From Moniliella sp. 'wahieum' (taxonomy: Eukaryota), in the NCBI GenBank assembly GCA_003971905.1, contig RSEE01000107.1, forward strand, positions 1 through 64,000: a stretch of 64,000 bases of DNA. Direction: 5' to 3'. The position numbers and the translations under genes were made by a program. This document shows positions 25,898 through 39,600 of this stretch, in pieces (the stretch's first letter is position 1; each line of letters starts with the position of its first letter). The notes under the pieces are model-generated. The model saw only the letters and a program-made list of their open reading frames with translations, made no database searches and was not told the DNA's origin.

Positions 25898-28425
25898 TCA
25901 CACCACCGATTCCGACTCGTGGTCCGTCAACAGGTCCGGCACAGGGTCTCCCTGCACAGGCTCTTTCGGCACACGTTCTTCCGGCACAGGCTCTTCAGCT
26001 TCAGCGCGCGGGGGCACGGGCGGGGCTGGGACAGCACGCGATTCCAAGTCCGCGTACGGCCGGTAGTTGATCAACTGGGCACTGGGCATATGGGCATTCA
26101 TCGCTTTCTCCTGCAGTTCCCGTGCAACAATGTCCGAGATGCCCGGCCCATTCTCTGCCTTGTTCATCTGCTTGATCGTCACGGCCGACGCTTGGGATGC
26201 ACCGGACGCCAGGGACGCCCTTTCGTCTCCCCGCGCCGCCTTGTTGATCAGCGCCAGCTGCTCCTCGTCCAGCTCAAAGTACTTGCGCCCTGTCTGCTTG
26301 CGCTTCCACTTGACTGTCATGGGCTGCTGTTTGGTCTTGAGAGCTCCATCGAGCGCAAGTTGCGACGCCATCCGCATCTCCTTGCACGAGTCTTCAGGGA
26401 GGTACCAGAACCGGACCGTACAGTCCACCTCTTCGTACTTCTTGACCAGGTGGTCCAGCAGCAACCACAAGTCTTGGTCCGGTACATCCTCTTGTGCCTC
26501 CCCTAGCACATTGAACACCTCCGGCTCTACCCCCGTCAACTTGAACCCATTCGACTTCCACGCAAACACCTGCTCCGACGCACCGCGTACCAACCAGCGC
26601 TGCGATACCGCGATGACAATCTGGTTGAACCCTTCGCTCTCCCACTTGTTGAATTCGAGCGCAGCACAGACTGCACGCAGCTGCGCACGTTGCAGTGTAG
26701 TACGCGAGTACTCACTGGCCTTCTCTAGGCGAGGGATAGGTTCGGCTCCACCCGCCCGGGCGTACCCTGTGCGGCAAACACCGATTTCGACCCGGACGTA
26801 CCCGTCGTCCACAGCGAATCGGTATCGGATTCTAGGGCCATGTCAAGCCACGGGTCTTTCGGCGGACAAAACACCATGCCAATCCCGCTTTCGCATCGGC
26901 ATCGGCATAGCCCATCTTGATCTGCTGAATGGTGGTTTGCATTGCGCTCTGCAGCTCGGGCGTGAGCTCGTCAACACCCGCATCGTGCGCTGCTTTGGCA
27001 GCTTGCATACTAGCTGCCTGGGTCGCGCTTAGACACGCCCCGGCACACAGGAGCAAGACTTGGCGCGGGTCCGTGCGACGAACGTAGCGTAGCGGCCGGA
27101 ACGGACGAGGGTCGGGCATGAACAGGTCCTTGGGCCGCAACTGGGCCAATGACAACTTGTCACTCACCACCGTACTTGGCGCGAAACTTTTGCGATCAAA
27201 GTCGGGATCTTGGCTGATACCTACGCTACGGAGCGTATCCGTATCGGCATATACTTTGCCCGTTAGCTCGCCCAACGACGGCACAGCGCCCTTGCCGCTC
27301 TGCTCCTCGAACCTAGTGTACCCGCGATTGAGCTCGAGCAGGGTCGGACGCTCAAATTTGGGATGCGTCGAATACTCAATCTTGTTTTTCCACGGCACCT
27401 TCCCCATTGAAGGATCCGAGTTGGACGGTACCTGTTTCTGCGGCACAATCCCCGGTGTGATCGAACCGCGCTTCAATTCGCTCTTGAGCGCCGCGCGCAT
27501 CAAGTTCCCATCTTCATCTTTCAGCCCAGCCGATTGACGCTCCGACACACTCATCACTGACATCATTGAGCCGGTGGAGCGGGCTGTGGCAGTGGAAGGT
27601 GCCATCGAAGAAGGTGCAAGCGAAGAAGAGGCAAAGGAAGATCCACCGATCGAGCGGGTATCCACACCTTTGCCTTCCTCCGAACTCTCTGGCTCGTACT
27701 CACGCACCTCAGGGGTAGGGGCAAACCGCGCCGTCGGGCGCTGCGGCGCACCCGCGCCGTTCCATCTGTCTGGCCCGCGTCCGACGCAGCATCGTCCAGC
27801 GAAATCAGGTCGGGGACATTAGCCTCCTCCCCTTCCTCCGCTTCCTTCTTTTCGTGGGTCTCTGTCTGCGGCTGCGCCGACTCGTCGGGGATAGCCGGGA
27901 GCGAAAGCGATTCGTGGCCTGCGCACTGTCATTGTCCGTTGCCACGGCAGCTTTTTGCGCTGCGATCGTCGCCGCATACTTCTGGGCCTCTGTCGGTTCG
28001 TCCGGGTCAACCGAGATGGGGCAGAGACGAGGCCACGAATGCTGCCTCATCTTCTTGTTCTTCATCATCGTCGAGGGTAAAGGGGGAGTGCTTGCGTGCC
28101 TCGCGCTTCTCCTTCAGCCGCTGGGCACGCACCGTACGGATCTCGCGTCGTAGTCGTAGTCCCGTGCCTTGGCCTTGTACTCGCGGTTAGGGAGGAAAAG
28201 ACGTTTCTCCATATTGTGCACCGCGAGCGAATCGGGCGCATGCGAGTAGCCGCCGGGTGTGTCGAGACGGACATTGTACTTGTGCGAGCCGTCGCGGGCG
28301 ACGTGGTTGGCATGCTGGTCGCCGCGCAGGGGGCCGCCGTAGAGCTCCACCTTGGGCGGGCGGGGGGCAGTGGTGTTCTTCTTCCAGGCCTCGATGAAGC
28401 CGTACTCAGCGTGGGTGGTGCCCAT
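25898..28425 (-). CDS. Protein with long disordered N-terminus and C-terminal fungal RNase H1-like domain, apparently catalytically inactive
   Basis: RYVRRTDPRQVLLLCAGACLS, TTLQRAQLRAVCAALEF..WESEGFNQIVIA, WKSNGFK, VPDQDLWLLL, VRFWYLP and ASQLA match the Dikarya RNase H-like pattern. ORFs 28114-28593, 27805-28068, 26832-27707 and 25898-26812 chain by frameshifts. Confidence 0.8.
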
Positions 28426-28931
28426 GGTGGCCGAGGGGAAGGGAGGGGTGGCTGGTGGTGGTGGTGGTGGTGGGCGAGAACAGATGGCGGTCGCGCTGCG
28501 CGCCGCCGAAGCATTTAGCCCGACGCCACACACTGGCGGGGTGCGTGGGCTGCGCCGGCGGCGCCGGGCTGAGCTCAGCGTTCGCCCAACCAACGCTCAG
28601 CGTGTCAGCACATCCACGTTGCGCACCGGTCTTACCTAACGCGCCCTTGGCCCACGCAAGGCGCGTGCGCAGGATTACGTCACCCGTCACACGCCCTGGG
28701 CAGCGGGCACGCACACGCCCAAGCTGTCTGGCCGCCTGACAGACAAGTCGCTTCTCTCGCCGCCAGCCGCATCAGATCAGCACGCCGCCGTGTTGCATCC
28801 CATCTGGCCAGCGTCGCCCTCGCTTATGCATCGTCTCCATCCTACTAGCTAGTTCTGGCCACACACAGCCCGCATGGCCACCGGCAGCGCACAATAGCCA
28901 TTGCCCCTCGGTGGTCGTCATCGCGTCAGCG

Positions 28932-30387
<1,456 letters not shown>

Positions 30388-30553
30388 TCACCCAAAGGGG
30401 GAACGAACCCGAGTGAGGCGTTTCGGTCGGCTCTACGGACATGTGGCAAACGTGCAAATTGCGTCCTCCCCAAACCTCCTCCAAACTAAGTCTAGCGCAA
30501 CTCTCCATTCGATTCAGCGGCGGCATTTCGGGCTACAGCGGACGCACAGCCGC

Positions 30554-31766
30554 TCACGGACGCGGCGGCGGCATGTCGTCGTATCCGCGGGGGGCGGTGG
30601 CGGGCGCGCATAGTCATCGTACCGGCGCGGGGGCGGGCTGTAATCACGGTAGCCGCCGCGCGGCGGCAAGTAGTCCCGCGGCGGCGGCGGCGCGGGCCAT
30701 AGCCGTACCGGTCGTACCCGCGGCGCGGCCATAGCCGTACCGGTCGTACCCACGCGGCGGCGGGCCATAGCGGTCCATGGGAGGCGGACCCCAACCATCG
30801 TAGTCCCGCGGAGGGGGTAGTACCCGCGCGGGCGGGCCCATCGTCGTAGCCTCCTCCACGACCACCGTAGCTTCCTCCTCCGGGCGGTCCCCGGGCTAAA
30901 AACAAGCATGCATCAGTCGTGGTCACGTCAGTTGCTCGGTTACCTACGCAATGGCGCACCCGCGGGAGAAACCCAAAAAAGACGTACACTTCGGAGGCCC
31001 CCCGGTACCGTCCCGGCGTGGGCGTGCGGGCACGCGCCCGGCGCGCCCTCTGTACCACAAGGTCCGGCCCGACAGTTCCACCCCATTCATCCCTTCGATC
31101 GCTGCATCGCCTTTCGGACGTCTCAAAGGTCACAAAGCAAAACCGCGCGACTCACGCGTGTGCGGATCATACATCACCTGCGTCTTGGTCACCTAAAAAC
31201 AGGCAAGAAGCATGAGGTCAGATGGTCAGACTGCCGTGCGGAGTGTTCAGTCAACAGGAAGGAAAACCAAACAGTACCTTGCCAAACTTGAGGAACGCTT
31301 CTTCCAACTGCCCATCATCAAGCAACTTGGACACGCCAGACACATGCAAGTTGTTGCCTGGGTTCGAAACTGCTTTTTCCGCCTCATCGGACCGCGGCGG
31401 GGGGGGACGACGCTCGTCCCGCTCGTCCCGCCGGTCGTCATATTCACGACGGGTGTCACGGTCCTCATACTCACGGCGGCTGTAGCGCTGTCCTCCTGGC
31501 GCGGGAGAGGGCTCAAGCTGCGGCGCGGCGGCGAGGCGGTAGGTCCACCAGGACTCCAGGCTTCTGCAGCAGAGGCGGGCGCAGAGGCAGCGGCGGCTTG
31601 GCGGTCAGTACGGGTGAATGAGAGGGCGGGGGCGAAGGTGAGGGTGGGGGGTGGGGACGAGGTGGTGGTGCGGAGCGGAGGGCTGGGCACGGTGGGGCGC
31701 CTATCTCCCTGTGCGGGCGCTGGGGCGGGGAGGGGGGTGAACGCTGAACGTACCGTTGTCACCCAT
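30554..31766 (-). CDS. Transformer-2-like single-RRM splicing-type protein with Arg/Asp/Tyr/Gly/Pro-rich tail, about 3 introns
   Basis: My minus-strand translation gives NPGNNLHVSGVS...FGK, an intron, VTKTQVMYDPHTRESRGF..VTFE..AIEGMNG, then ARRARARTPTPGRY and GYDRYGYG repeats. Confidence 0.85.
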
Positions 31767-33161
31767 GGCGGCAAGGTGAGGAGGAGATGGAAGCAGGAAG
31801 CGGGAAGCGGAAGCAGGAAGCGGCACGGAAGCCTGGCTGCCCATGCGCCCATTGCTGCGCTGCCACGCTGCCACTGCCCCAGCGTTCTTGGCTGCATTAC
31901 GTCACCCACGTGCCCCTTCGACCTGGTTCGACGCGGGTCCTACGTCATTACAACGTTCAACAATGCCCGCTGTCCAATTCTTCAATTCTTCACAGCAACT
32001 CTTCACCTCAAAGAACCAGCACAGGCCTGGAAGAGCAGAAGGATGGCGATTTCGCTGGCGCTCTTGTTGTCGGCCTACCATCTGCCGGGCGTGGCTATAA
32101 GCAGATGGATACCTCACATCTGTTGTGCACCTGTCTCTCGGTCCAAAGAGATGGATGCCATGGACCAAAAATCCAAATGCCACTCGCACTTTGTCTCATA
32201 TCTGTCCCTTTCGCTCTTCCCCGCTTCATGCCTTTCAACAAATCCCGCTTTTTGCCTCCACACTGCGCCCTAGACTTCTATTTTCTGGCCTTGACGCTCA
32301 TCGATTATAATCCCTTCGCCTCACAGCTTGATATCACGTCTTTCTCTGGGCCAGTCCCTCTCTGTATCTTTTGTGTTTAGCTCGAAATGCAAACTGGGAT
32401 GAACTCTGAGCAGGGAGTGCCCAAGCACACATAATAGGTTTGATATGCTACGGGTGGACAGATTGCGTAGTGGTGTCACGATGCTGTAAAGCTCTCGCCG
32501 ACGGGGATGAGCTCGTCGCTCCTCTGTCTTTTTGTTTTCTCTCAACTCGATTCTGGGCGCGTAGTTTACCCGCATTCTTTGCAAATAGGGGTAGTGTCTG
32601 CATGTTTCTGTTGTCGCCGCCTTTCGTCTCCACTGCTCTGGTAGGCTCGGGTACGGGGCTTGGCCCCAGCGATGAGAGCCGCTGTTGGGTATCATCATCT
32701 GATGGGCTGGCCTGCTGTGGCTAGTATGTTATCACCGCTATCACCATGCAATCACGCTCGGGGGCAGGATGGTGGAGGATGGATGATGGATGATGCATGG
32801 ATAGGCATCATCAAGATGCGATCGTTTAGTCTCTCTTGTCCTTTCCTTGCCGCCACACTTCTTCTCCGCCATGGGCCATCCCGCCCCAACAACGTCACCG
32901 CCGCCACCACGCCGCGCCAGCTGGAACATCTGGCGTCGCTTCTCCTCTGCCGCTGCACCCGCCGCACCCGCCGCACCCACCGCCATCCTGCCCACTGCCT
33001 CTCCTCCCGCCAGCGACGCGGGGGAGACCCCCCCCCCAATCCCCGCCCGAGTACCTGGCCGGCATTCCACATCCCAGCAGGCCATATGGCTCTCGGTTCG
33101 GCACCAGGCCCCAGTGCATCAATACACGGTTCGCTCCCAGCCGACCATCCTCCCGGCTACC

Positions 33162-34110
33162 ATGACTATGACCTCTTCCTTCCCTTCCCAGCAAGAGTAC
33201 TCCGCAGGCGGCCGCCCGTCTACCTCCTCGCCGTTACGCCGCCTATCTGAACCTAACCCTGCGCCTCTCGATCCCCCCAATTATCTCTCCGACTTGGCTG
33301 CCATTGTGGATGAGGCTGGTCACGAGGAGGAGTTGCCTGCGTACGACCAGGACCGATTCGTACACCATGCCGTGGTCAAGCTGCAATCACCACCCAGGGT
33401 CGTCTTCGGCCCGAGGTGGTCGTCTTGGTACGTAGCTCCCTATCTGCCATGCCCACCATTCTGACCCATCTCCCAGGACAAAGAAGGAAAGCTCGTGTTC
33501 AAACCAGAAATACAGTATGACCCTTCACAAAGTACCCATCGATGGTCATTCCAAGCCCTTCCGATCACAACGTTGATCAAAGATGAGGGGCGTGCCCGCA
33601 CTATGTCTCATCCAAGGGCCCCGGGCCATGGATTTTACCGCCCGCTCTCCCTCAGCAACAGCCTCATATTTCGCCTCGCACCCAACGATATCTTCAACCC
33701 GGGTGCTCACGTTCGCTTCTCACAGCATCAGCCCTATGCGTGCCTTGACGTACAACGCACCATTCATGGCCGCTGGTCCATCCGGGCACACCCTTCGGGA
33801 CGCCTTGTGGGACTGGTGGATAAGGATGTAGGATTCGGCGCAACATGCGCGTCACGGGTACGCTCTCAAACCCCCACCCCCTCTCCCTCTCACTCTCCCA
33901 TTCTCCAAACGTCCAATAGATGCATCCGCTGACCACCACCAGTTGCGCCGGGTGAATCCTTTCTTCTTGCTACTGCCATAGCATTGGCCATGCGAGAGCC
34001 TTGTTACTACGACATTCGACTCCCGGGACCGCTCATGCCGCACTACTAAGCCTTCTTTGGCCTCTAAGGCATCCATGGCCACCATTTCTACCTACATTTT
34101 GCTGCGATAA
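33162..34110 (+). CDS. Hypothetical protein with N-terminal PY motifs (PPNY, LPAY), probably 2 introns
   Basis: ORFs 32847-33464 and 33495-33932 are joined by a GTACGT...CTGAC...CAG intron at about 33429-33476; a second candidate intron lies at about 33828-33942. Confidence 0.55.
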
Positions 34111-34609
34111 CGTTTACCGTGTTATACTGCCCCGTTCCCCTTTCCTCGTTTGCTTTTCATTGGAGACCCCCCTTCACCTCTGTTGTTATCAGTTACCGTC
34201 TGCTTCGTTCTGTTGTATCGACACCGCACTCCAATACATTTGTGTGCCCCGGCCACCTCTATGCTTGCGGTTCTGTATATGCAATCATGTCGAGCTATGT
34301 GCGAACGTGGCTCGGGGATCTATCTCAAATGGAGGAGCTCCGGCAACTGCGGTAGAAGGGCCCAGGATGAATACGAGTTTGCATCCTGGGCTCTTATGGA
34401 CATTTTCTCTTCACTGTCGGGGCGGCAATGATTCGCATGGCTGCGGCCTACTCTCATTATTGAGGAGTAGATGTACACTGTTGTCCAACTTGTGCGCAGC
34501 ATCGATGCCACAGAGTCAAAGAAAAGAACCTGCCAACATCGCTGCTGCTACTCACAGCTATCATTAACCACATTGCAAGCGAACGTGTGCCTTATTCGGA
34601 TTATTCACA

Positions 34610-36604
34610 TCATCTCGTGTTGTCGTCGAGGCTTGGCGTTATGAGTATGGCACATTCCTCCGCAGGAAATGAAGGCATCGAGTCGATTGGATCCACCATA
34701 CGGCTCGTTGGTGGATTGGGTGGAGGGTGAGCATCGACCTGCTCTAGGGGCATATATATGTCAAGTGTCCGTTCGGTGTCTGGCAGTAGGTCTTCAGGAA
34801 TAAAAGGATTTGGGTTCGGGGATGGGTGGCAAAGGGCAAGAGGAGGGAGGACCCGGGCATTTGGGGACGCTCCGCCTTCCAAACGTGGATGATCGTAAAA
34901 TGCTAACAGGGGGGTGAGGAACGAGAGTGGGGCGGTGTTGGGGCCCAGTGTAAGACGCGGACTGATGGGGGGCAGATTGGTAGGACAATCACGGTTTCGT
35001 TCTGGAACAGAAAAAGATGCTCGGGATGTAGGTGTAGGGAACATTTGCAGGTCGAAATCAAGAAGTAGAGAAGTGGAGGATCTTGGTGATCCTCCATCCA
35101 AGGTGGGCGGGGAAGAAAAACAGGTATCCGCTGATGGTGCGTTCGCGGTAACGGAAGGAGCAACTTGCTATTCTCCTGTTGGCTGGTCCCACTTTGTTTC
35201 CCATGCCTTTGAAAGAAGTGTCGGTCACAGTCGTGCTGCAATGAAGTCTCTTTCCGCCCTCTACCTCTGCGGGAGTTCCACGCGGAGGCTTGCTTGGTAT
35301 CTTGTCGTCCCAATGGACGCCAATCCTCGCTCGGAAAACTTCCACTGAATCGTGCATGGAACTCGAACCCCCATCATCAGGGACAAGCGCGAATAGCTCT
35401 GTCCTTGGAGAAGAGCGCGTATCACTGGATACTGTGGATATTTCGGATTCGAGGTCCTGCGGTGGAAGAACAGCGGCAATATCGAGGTGGGTGACTCGTG
35501 AAAGGGCCATTGATGCCGCGCTTCTTCCGGCCCGTGTTTTGATGGACTTGAATTGGAGCAAGCGGGTGGGGAGAAGGGCAATGCGCTTTTTCTTTTCCCT
35601 TTGGGCGGGGCAGGGATCAAATAGACCTCCTCCATCGTTTTAGAAAGGTTCGTGGCCGCCGACGGAGCCCAAGCGGTTTGATGGGAGCGGTTTGACTCGC
35701 CAGTAAGTGTCGTTTCCGCTTCAACAACCGGTGGTGCTGTTGTAGACTCTGCCTCATTGGACATGCTTACACGAGAGCGAAAGGGCAAGTTGCGTTTGAA
35801 TCCGAACGAATGCCTAGGCCCTTGAGCTACGCCCAATGTGGTACCAGCATCCATCGACAGGGATCTCGTTTCGCTCCGGTGTTGTGACATAGACATGCGA
35901 GAGAATATATTCGGTCTGGACGAAAAGAGAGGAGTCGAGGAGGAGGTAGACATGATCTTGCGCTCTCCCGGCCGTTTCTTCTCACACTCCTTCTCCGAAA
36001 ATGTCACTGCATCCAGTGAATGAGCACGATGAAAAGAGGACTTTGAACGCTGTTCACCAGCAGGGGTCCACGCATTGCTCAGATTGGTCGGGGACGTCGG
36101 TCCCGAATCAGGACCAGAGACGATAATTGCCGGTTTCCACCATCGCCGAGAAGACCAGGGCTTTGCCTTTATGGGGGAATCAGGAGCGTTTTCCGATGTC
36201 GCAACGCCCTCTCTTTCCCCGGCCGAGTCCATCGAGGTCCGAGGCACTTCCCGACCTTTTCTGCTGGACATTCTCGATCGTAACTCATCCATCCAGCCCC
36301 CGCCGTGTGCAGATGAAGTGGTGGGTGATTGATCGGTGGCATTGGCACTCATTGATGTTTTAGATGTGGTTGGGAACCTCAGGTCGCTGATGGACTTGCG
36401 AGATCGAGAATGGTCTCGACTCGCTTGCCAATGAGACTTATTCGCAAGCGTAGGGGTTCGTTGGCCATTTTGGGATTCTTCTCCACATAGCTGTGCCGAC
36501 CGTTTCTTCATTATTGAAGGCCTCCATCCCGATATCGACTTCCTTCTTCCCCTTGTGTTTTCGAACTGGGTCTCAACACTCTGCTGTACTACAGGTTCGT
36601 CCAT
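34610..36604 (-). CDS. Hypothetical Ser/Arg/Pro-rich protein, frameshifted
   Basis: Chained ORFs 35261-36604 (447 aa), 35058-35561 and 34610-35101. No domain recognised; a possible upstream exon lies near 36690-36800. Confidence 0.6.
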
Positions 36605-39600
36605 AGTGCTTCAGCAGAGGCCATCAATGCTTGAACCTGAGAGAAATATGTTAATGGCGGCCGAAAAGCAGCAATGATGGGGCTTTCTCACTCAATATTC
36701 GTCGTAATCCCGATTGACAACTTCGATTGATCAGGCTGCCTTTCTTCGCGGAAGTGGAAACGAAGTCAGGAGCTTTCGCCGATGGCAAAGGTGTAATCCG
36801 TCGTGTAGCTTTGTTCCAGTTCGCTTGTGGTTAAAGGAGTGGTGGTGGTCGGATAACAAGAGGGGGAAAAGAGGGGATGGTGCCACGTAATTCCTAAGCA
36901 AAGGAGTGAACGACGACCGACCAATGAGATGCCTTGCTATAGTTACTCCTCATATACCCACATTGATTGATGACCATCATCGATGATGATTGATGAAATT
37001 GACGGAACAAAAACCGGCCGGCCCCAATATCACATTGCATCTCAGGGATCTCAGGGCCATCACAAGTCCTAATCATCGGCCATCTCACATGTCACATCCG
37101 ATCGATATCGCCCGATACCGGTCACCGAGGTCATCGAGGTCATCAGTGCTCAGTACCAGTGCGCTGCTCAGTACTCAGTATTACTCAGTGCCAGACCATC
37201 TGTCCCACACACTCATGCTGCATCTTTCTTTGTGCCTTGAAGCTTAGAGCTTGACAGCCTTGGCTTGCTTGCAGTGAAGCTGGGGAAGCTGGAAGCGAAG
37301 AGACTCCCAGCTCTTCCCGTCCGCTCCCCCGTGTATGTGGCCACAGCAGGCTCCCCACAAAAATTCCCCAACAAAGTGTATATATATGGTAATGGGGACA
37401 TGCTTTTTGGGGTACCAAAAGTGGTTCTCTCTCTGATGTTCATGTTTTTATTGGCGTACAGCGGCTATACAACACGTGAAGTAACAAAACGTTGAACCCG
37501 CTGCCATCACTAGGATTGTCTGTGCCCTTGGGCAAAGGAGATACCTGAGCGCATCAGCATTTCCGTATTTGTGCCTGGCGCTTCGCCATCTTGGAGACCC
37601 TTAGGCTTGAAGCTTGAAGCTTCAGCGCTGAGGCTCAGCGCTACGACCCATGTGTGATGTACATGAGGCACAGGATGCCGGTAAGCACTTGAGGCCATTT
37701 CAGGGAAGCCTCAGTACCTCAGGGCCCGTTTGAGTGCCTGGAGCCATCATCCATTACGTGCTTCCGTCTGTCTCTGTACGGTGTGGTATACAGATAGATA
37801 CCATGACTTGTCGAAATGGGACCAAGGGGGGGCAGACACATAGTATGCTGGTCACACAATCATTAGCCACTGTCAAGTGGGAAGGGGATATGATATGTGT
37901 AGGACGTCGTATATAGCAATTAGAGCACATTCTACACAGGGGCCTCTCCCTGAACGTTGAACTCTGAGAGCTTAACCTTCTTCTTCCAGCTTCAAGCTTC
38001 GAGAGCTTATAACCTTCTGCTTCCTACAGCTTTTCAAGTTTCCTAACTTCAGCTTCAAGTCCGCCCCAATAGAAACGTATCCTACACGATAGTACTATAC
38101 AGACGTCAATATGCCACCCGTCACACTCACAAGTCACCTACTGCACCACTCGTTTTGATGTGAGATGTGAGATCTGAGAGAGTGCTCGCGCTCCAGGCGA
38201 CTGAGTACACCGAGTACACTGAGTACACTGAGTACACTGAGTACTGAGTTTCAGTATTGTGAGTACCTGAGTATAATACACTGAGTACTGACCGGTGACC
38301 GGTGACCGACGAATCTCTGCAGGCACTACTTTCTCACATTGTGTATTGCTGGTTCCACATGTCACACCGTGCATCACCGGTCACCATTTGTATCGTTCTT
38401 AATTGTTCGGCATCCCACTGTCATAGTTTGGCTGATCTCGCTCCCATTTCCAATTTCTTCGTCTTGAGCGTCTCGCTCCTTCCCTGTTCCTTCCACTTCG
38501 CACCATGTCCTCTGTTCTTGCTTCTTCCCCACGAACGATTGCTACACCCCTTGGCCTAGTCCGATCCTGGTCTCCCTCGCCTTAGCCCCGACTGTGACAC
38601 CCACGGCGCCTGTTTACGTCGAGCACAGAGTAGCGAGTATCTGAGGACTGACTAGTGACTGACAAGGCGCACGCTTCTCTGTGCGCATTCTGAGGCGTGT
38701 TGGACCTGATCACCCTTTGGCGTCTCCCATATATTCGTATCACTCCATGAAGACTCTGTGCTCCGTGCTCTCCGCCGCTTTAGAGCGCCCAACGTACTCG
38801 ACGCCACAGCCTTTTCAGTATACTCATCGGCATGTAAGGACATATCTTGCACGGAAACGTCAGTGAGGCCGAGGCCTGACGGCGAGATCCTATGCACTAT
38901 GCCTGATTCCTTCGGCCGGACATTCGAGGACTTGATAATGTGTTGCCAAACTGTGCCTTCGTGTGTATCACGGCGCGGACCCCTGCTCGATGGGGCCGCT
39001 GCTGTGGCAAACCCTCGACAAACGAACCCATGCTGAGCGCTCAACTGGGCATACCCTAAAAAAGCCCAACGTCACGCGTCATTAATCATTATGGATGGTG
39101 TCTGCAACGTGCCTCTATCACGTGCGCGCCCTTCCTGCTATTCCGTGGCGTTACTCATCCTACGTTTCCCCCATTCTTCTCATTCCGTCCTTAAACAACA
39201 CGATTGAGTAATGGCATGTACACTCCGTTGCGTGCAAATGGATCATTTTCCCTTTCCATTACAGCCCCTTGGGAATTGAGCTTCCGGATCTGGGGTCTTA
39301 CGCCCCCGGTCCATGCGCTATACGCGTTACATGTTGCAGGCTCAATGAACCGTGACGCGTGACTAGTGACTTTCGGTATTGAATGTGGTCTATCCTTTTC
39401 CAAAACGGAGAGAACCCCTAAGGCCTAAGGCCTAAACCGTGGGTCGGACTCCGGAAACAGTCTGGTCAACAGGTCTGGCCCCACTCCGAGATCAGATCGA
39501 TCATCGATCACTAGTCACTAGTCCTAGTCACCATACACCAAGTGTGCGTCACATGCCACAGGACGAAGATGCGCAGCAGCCCCTGGAAAGATTTCCGTTG

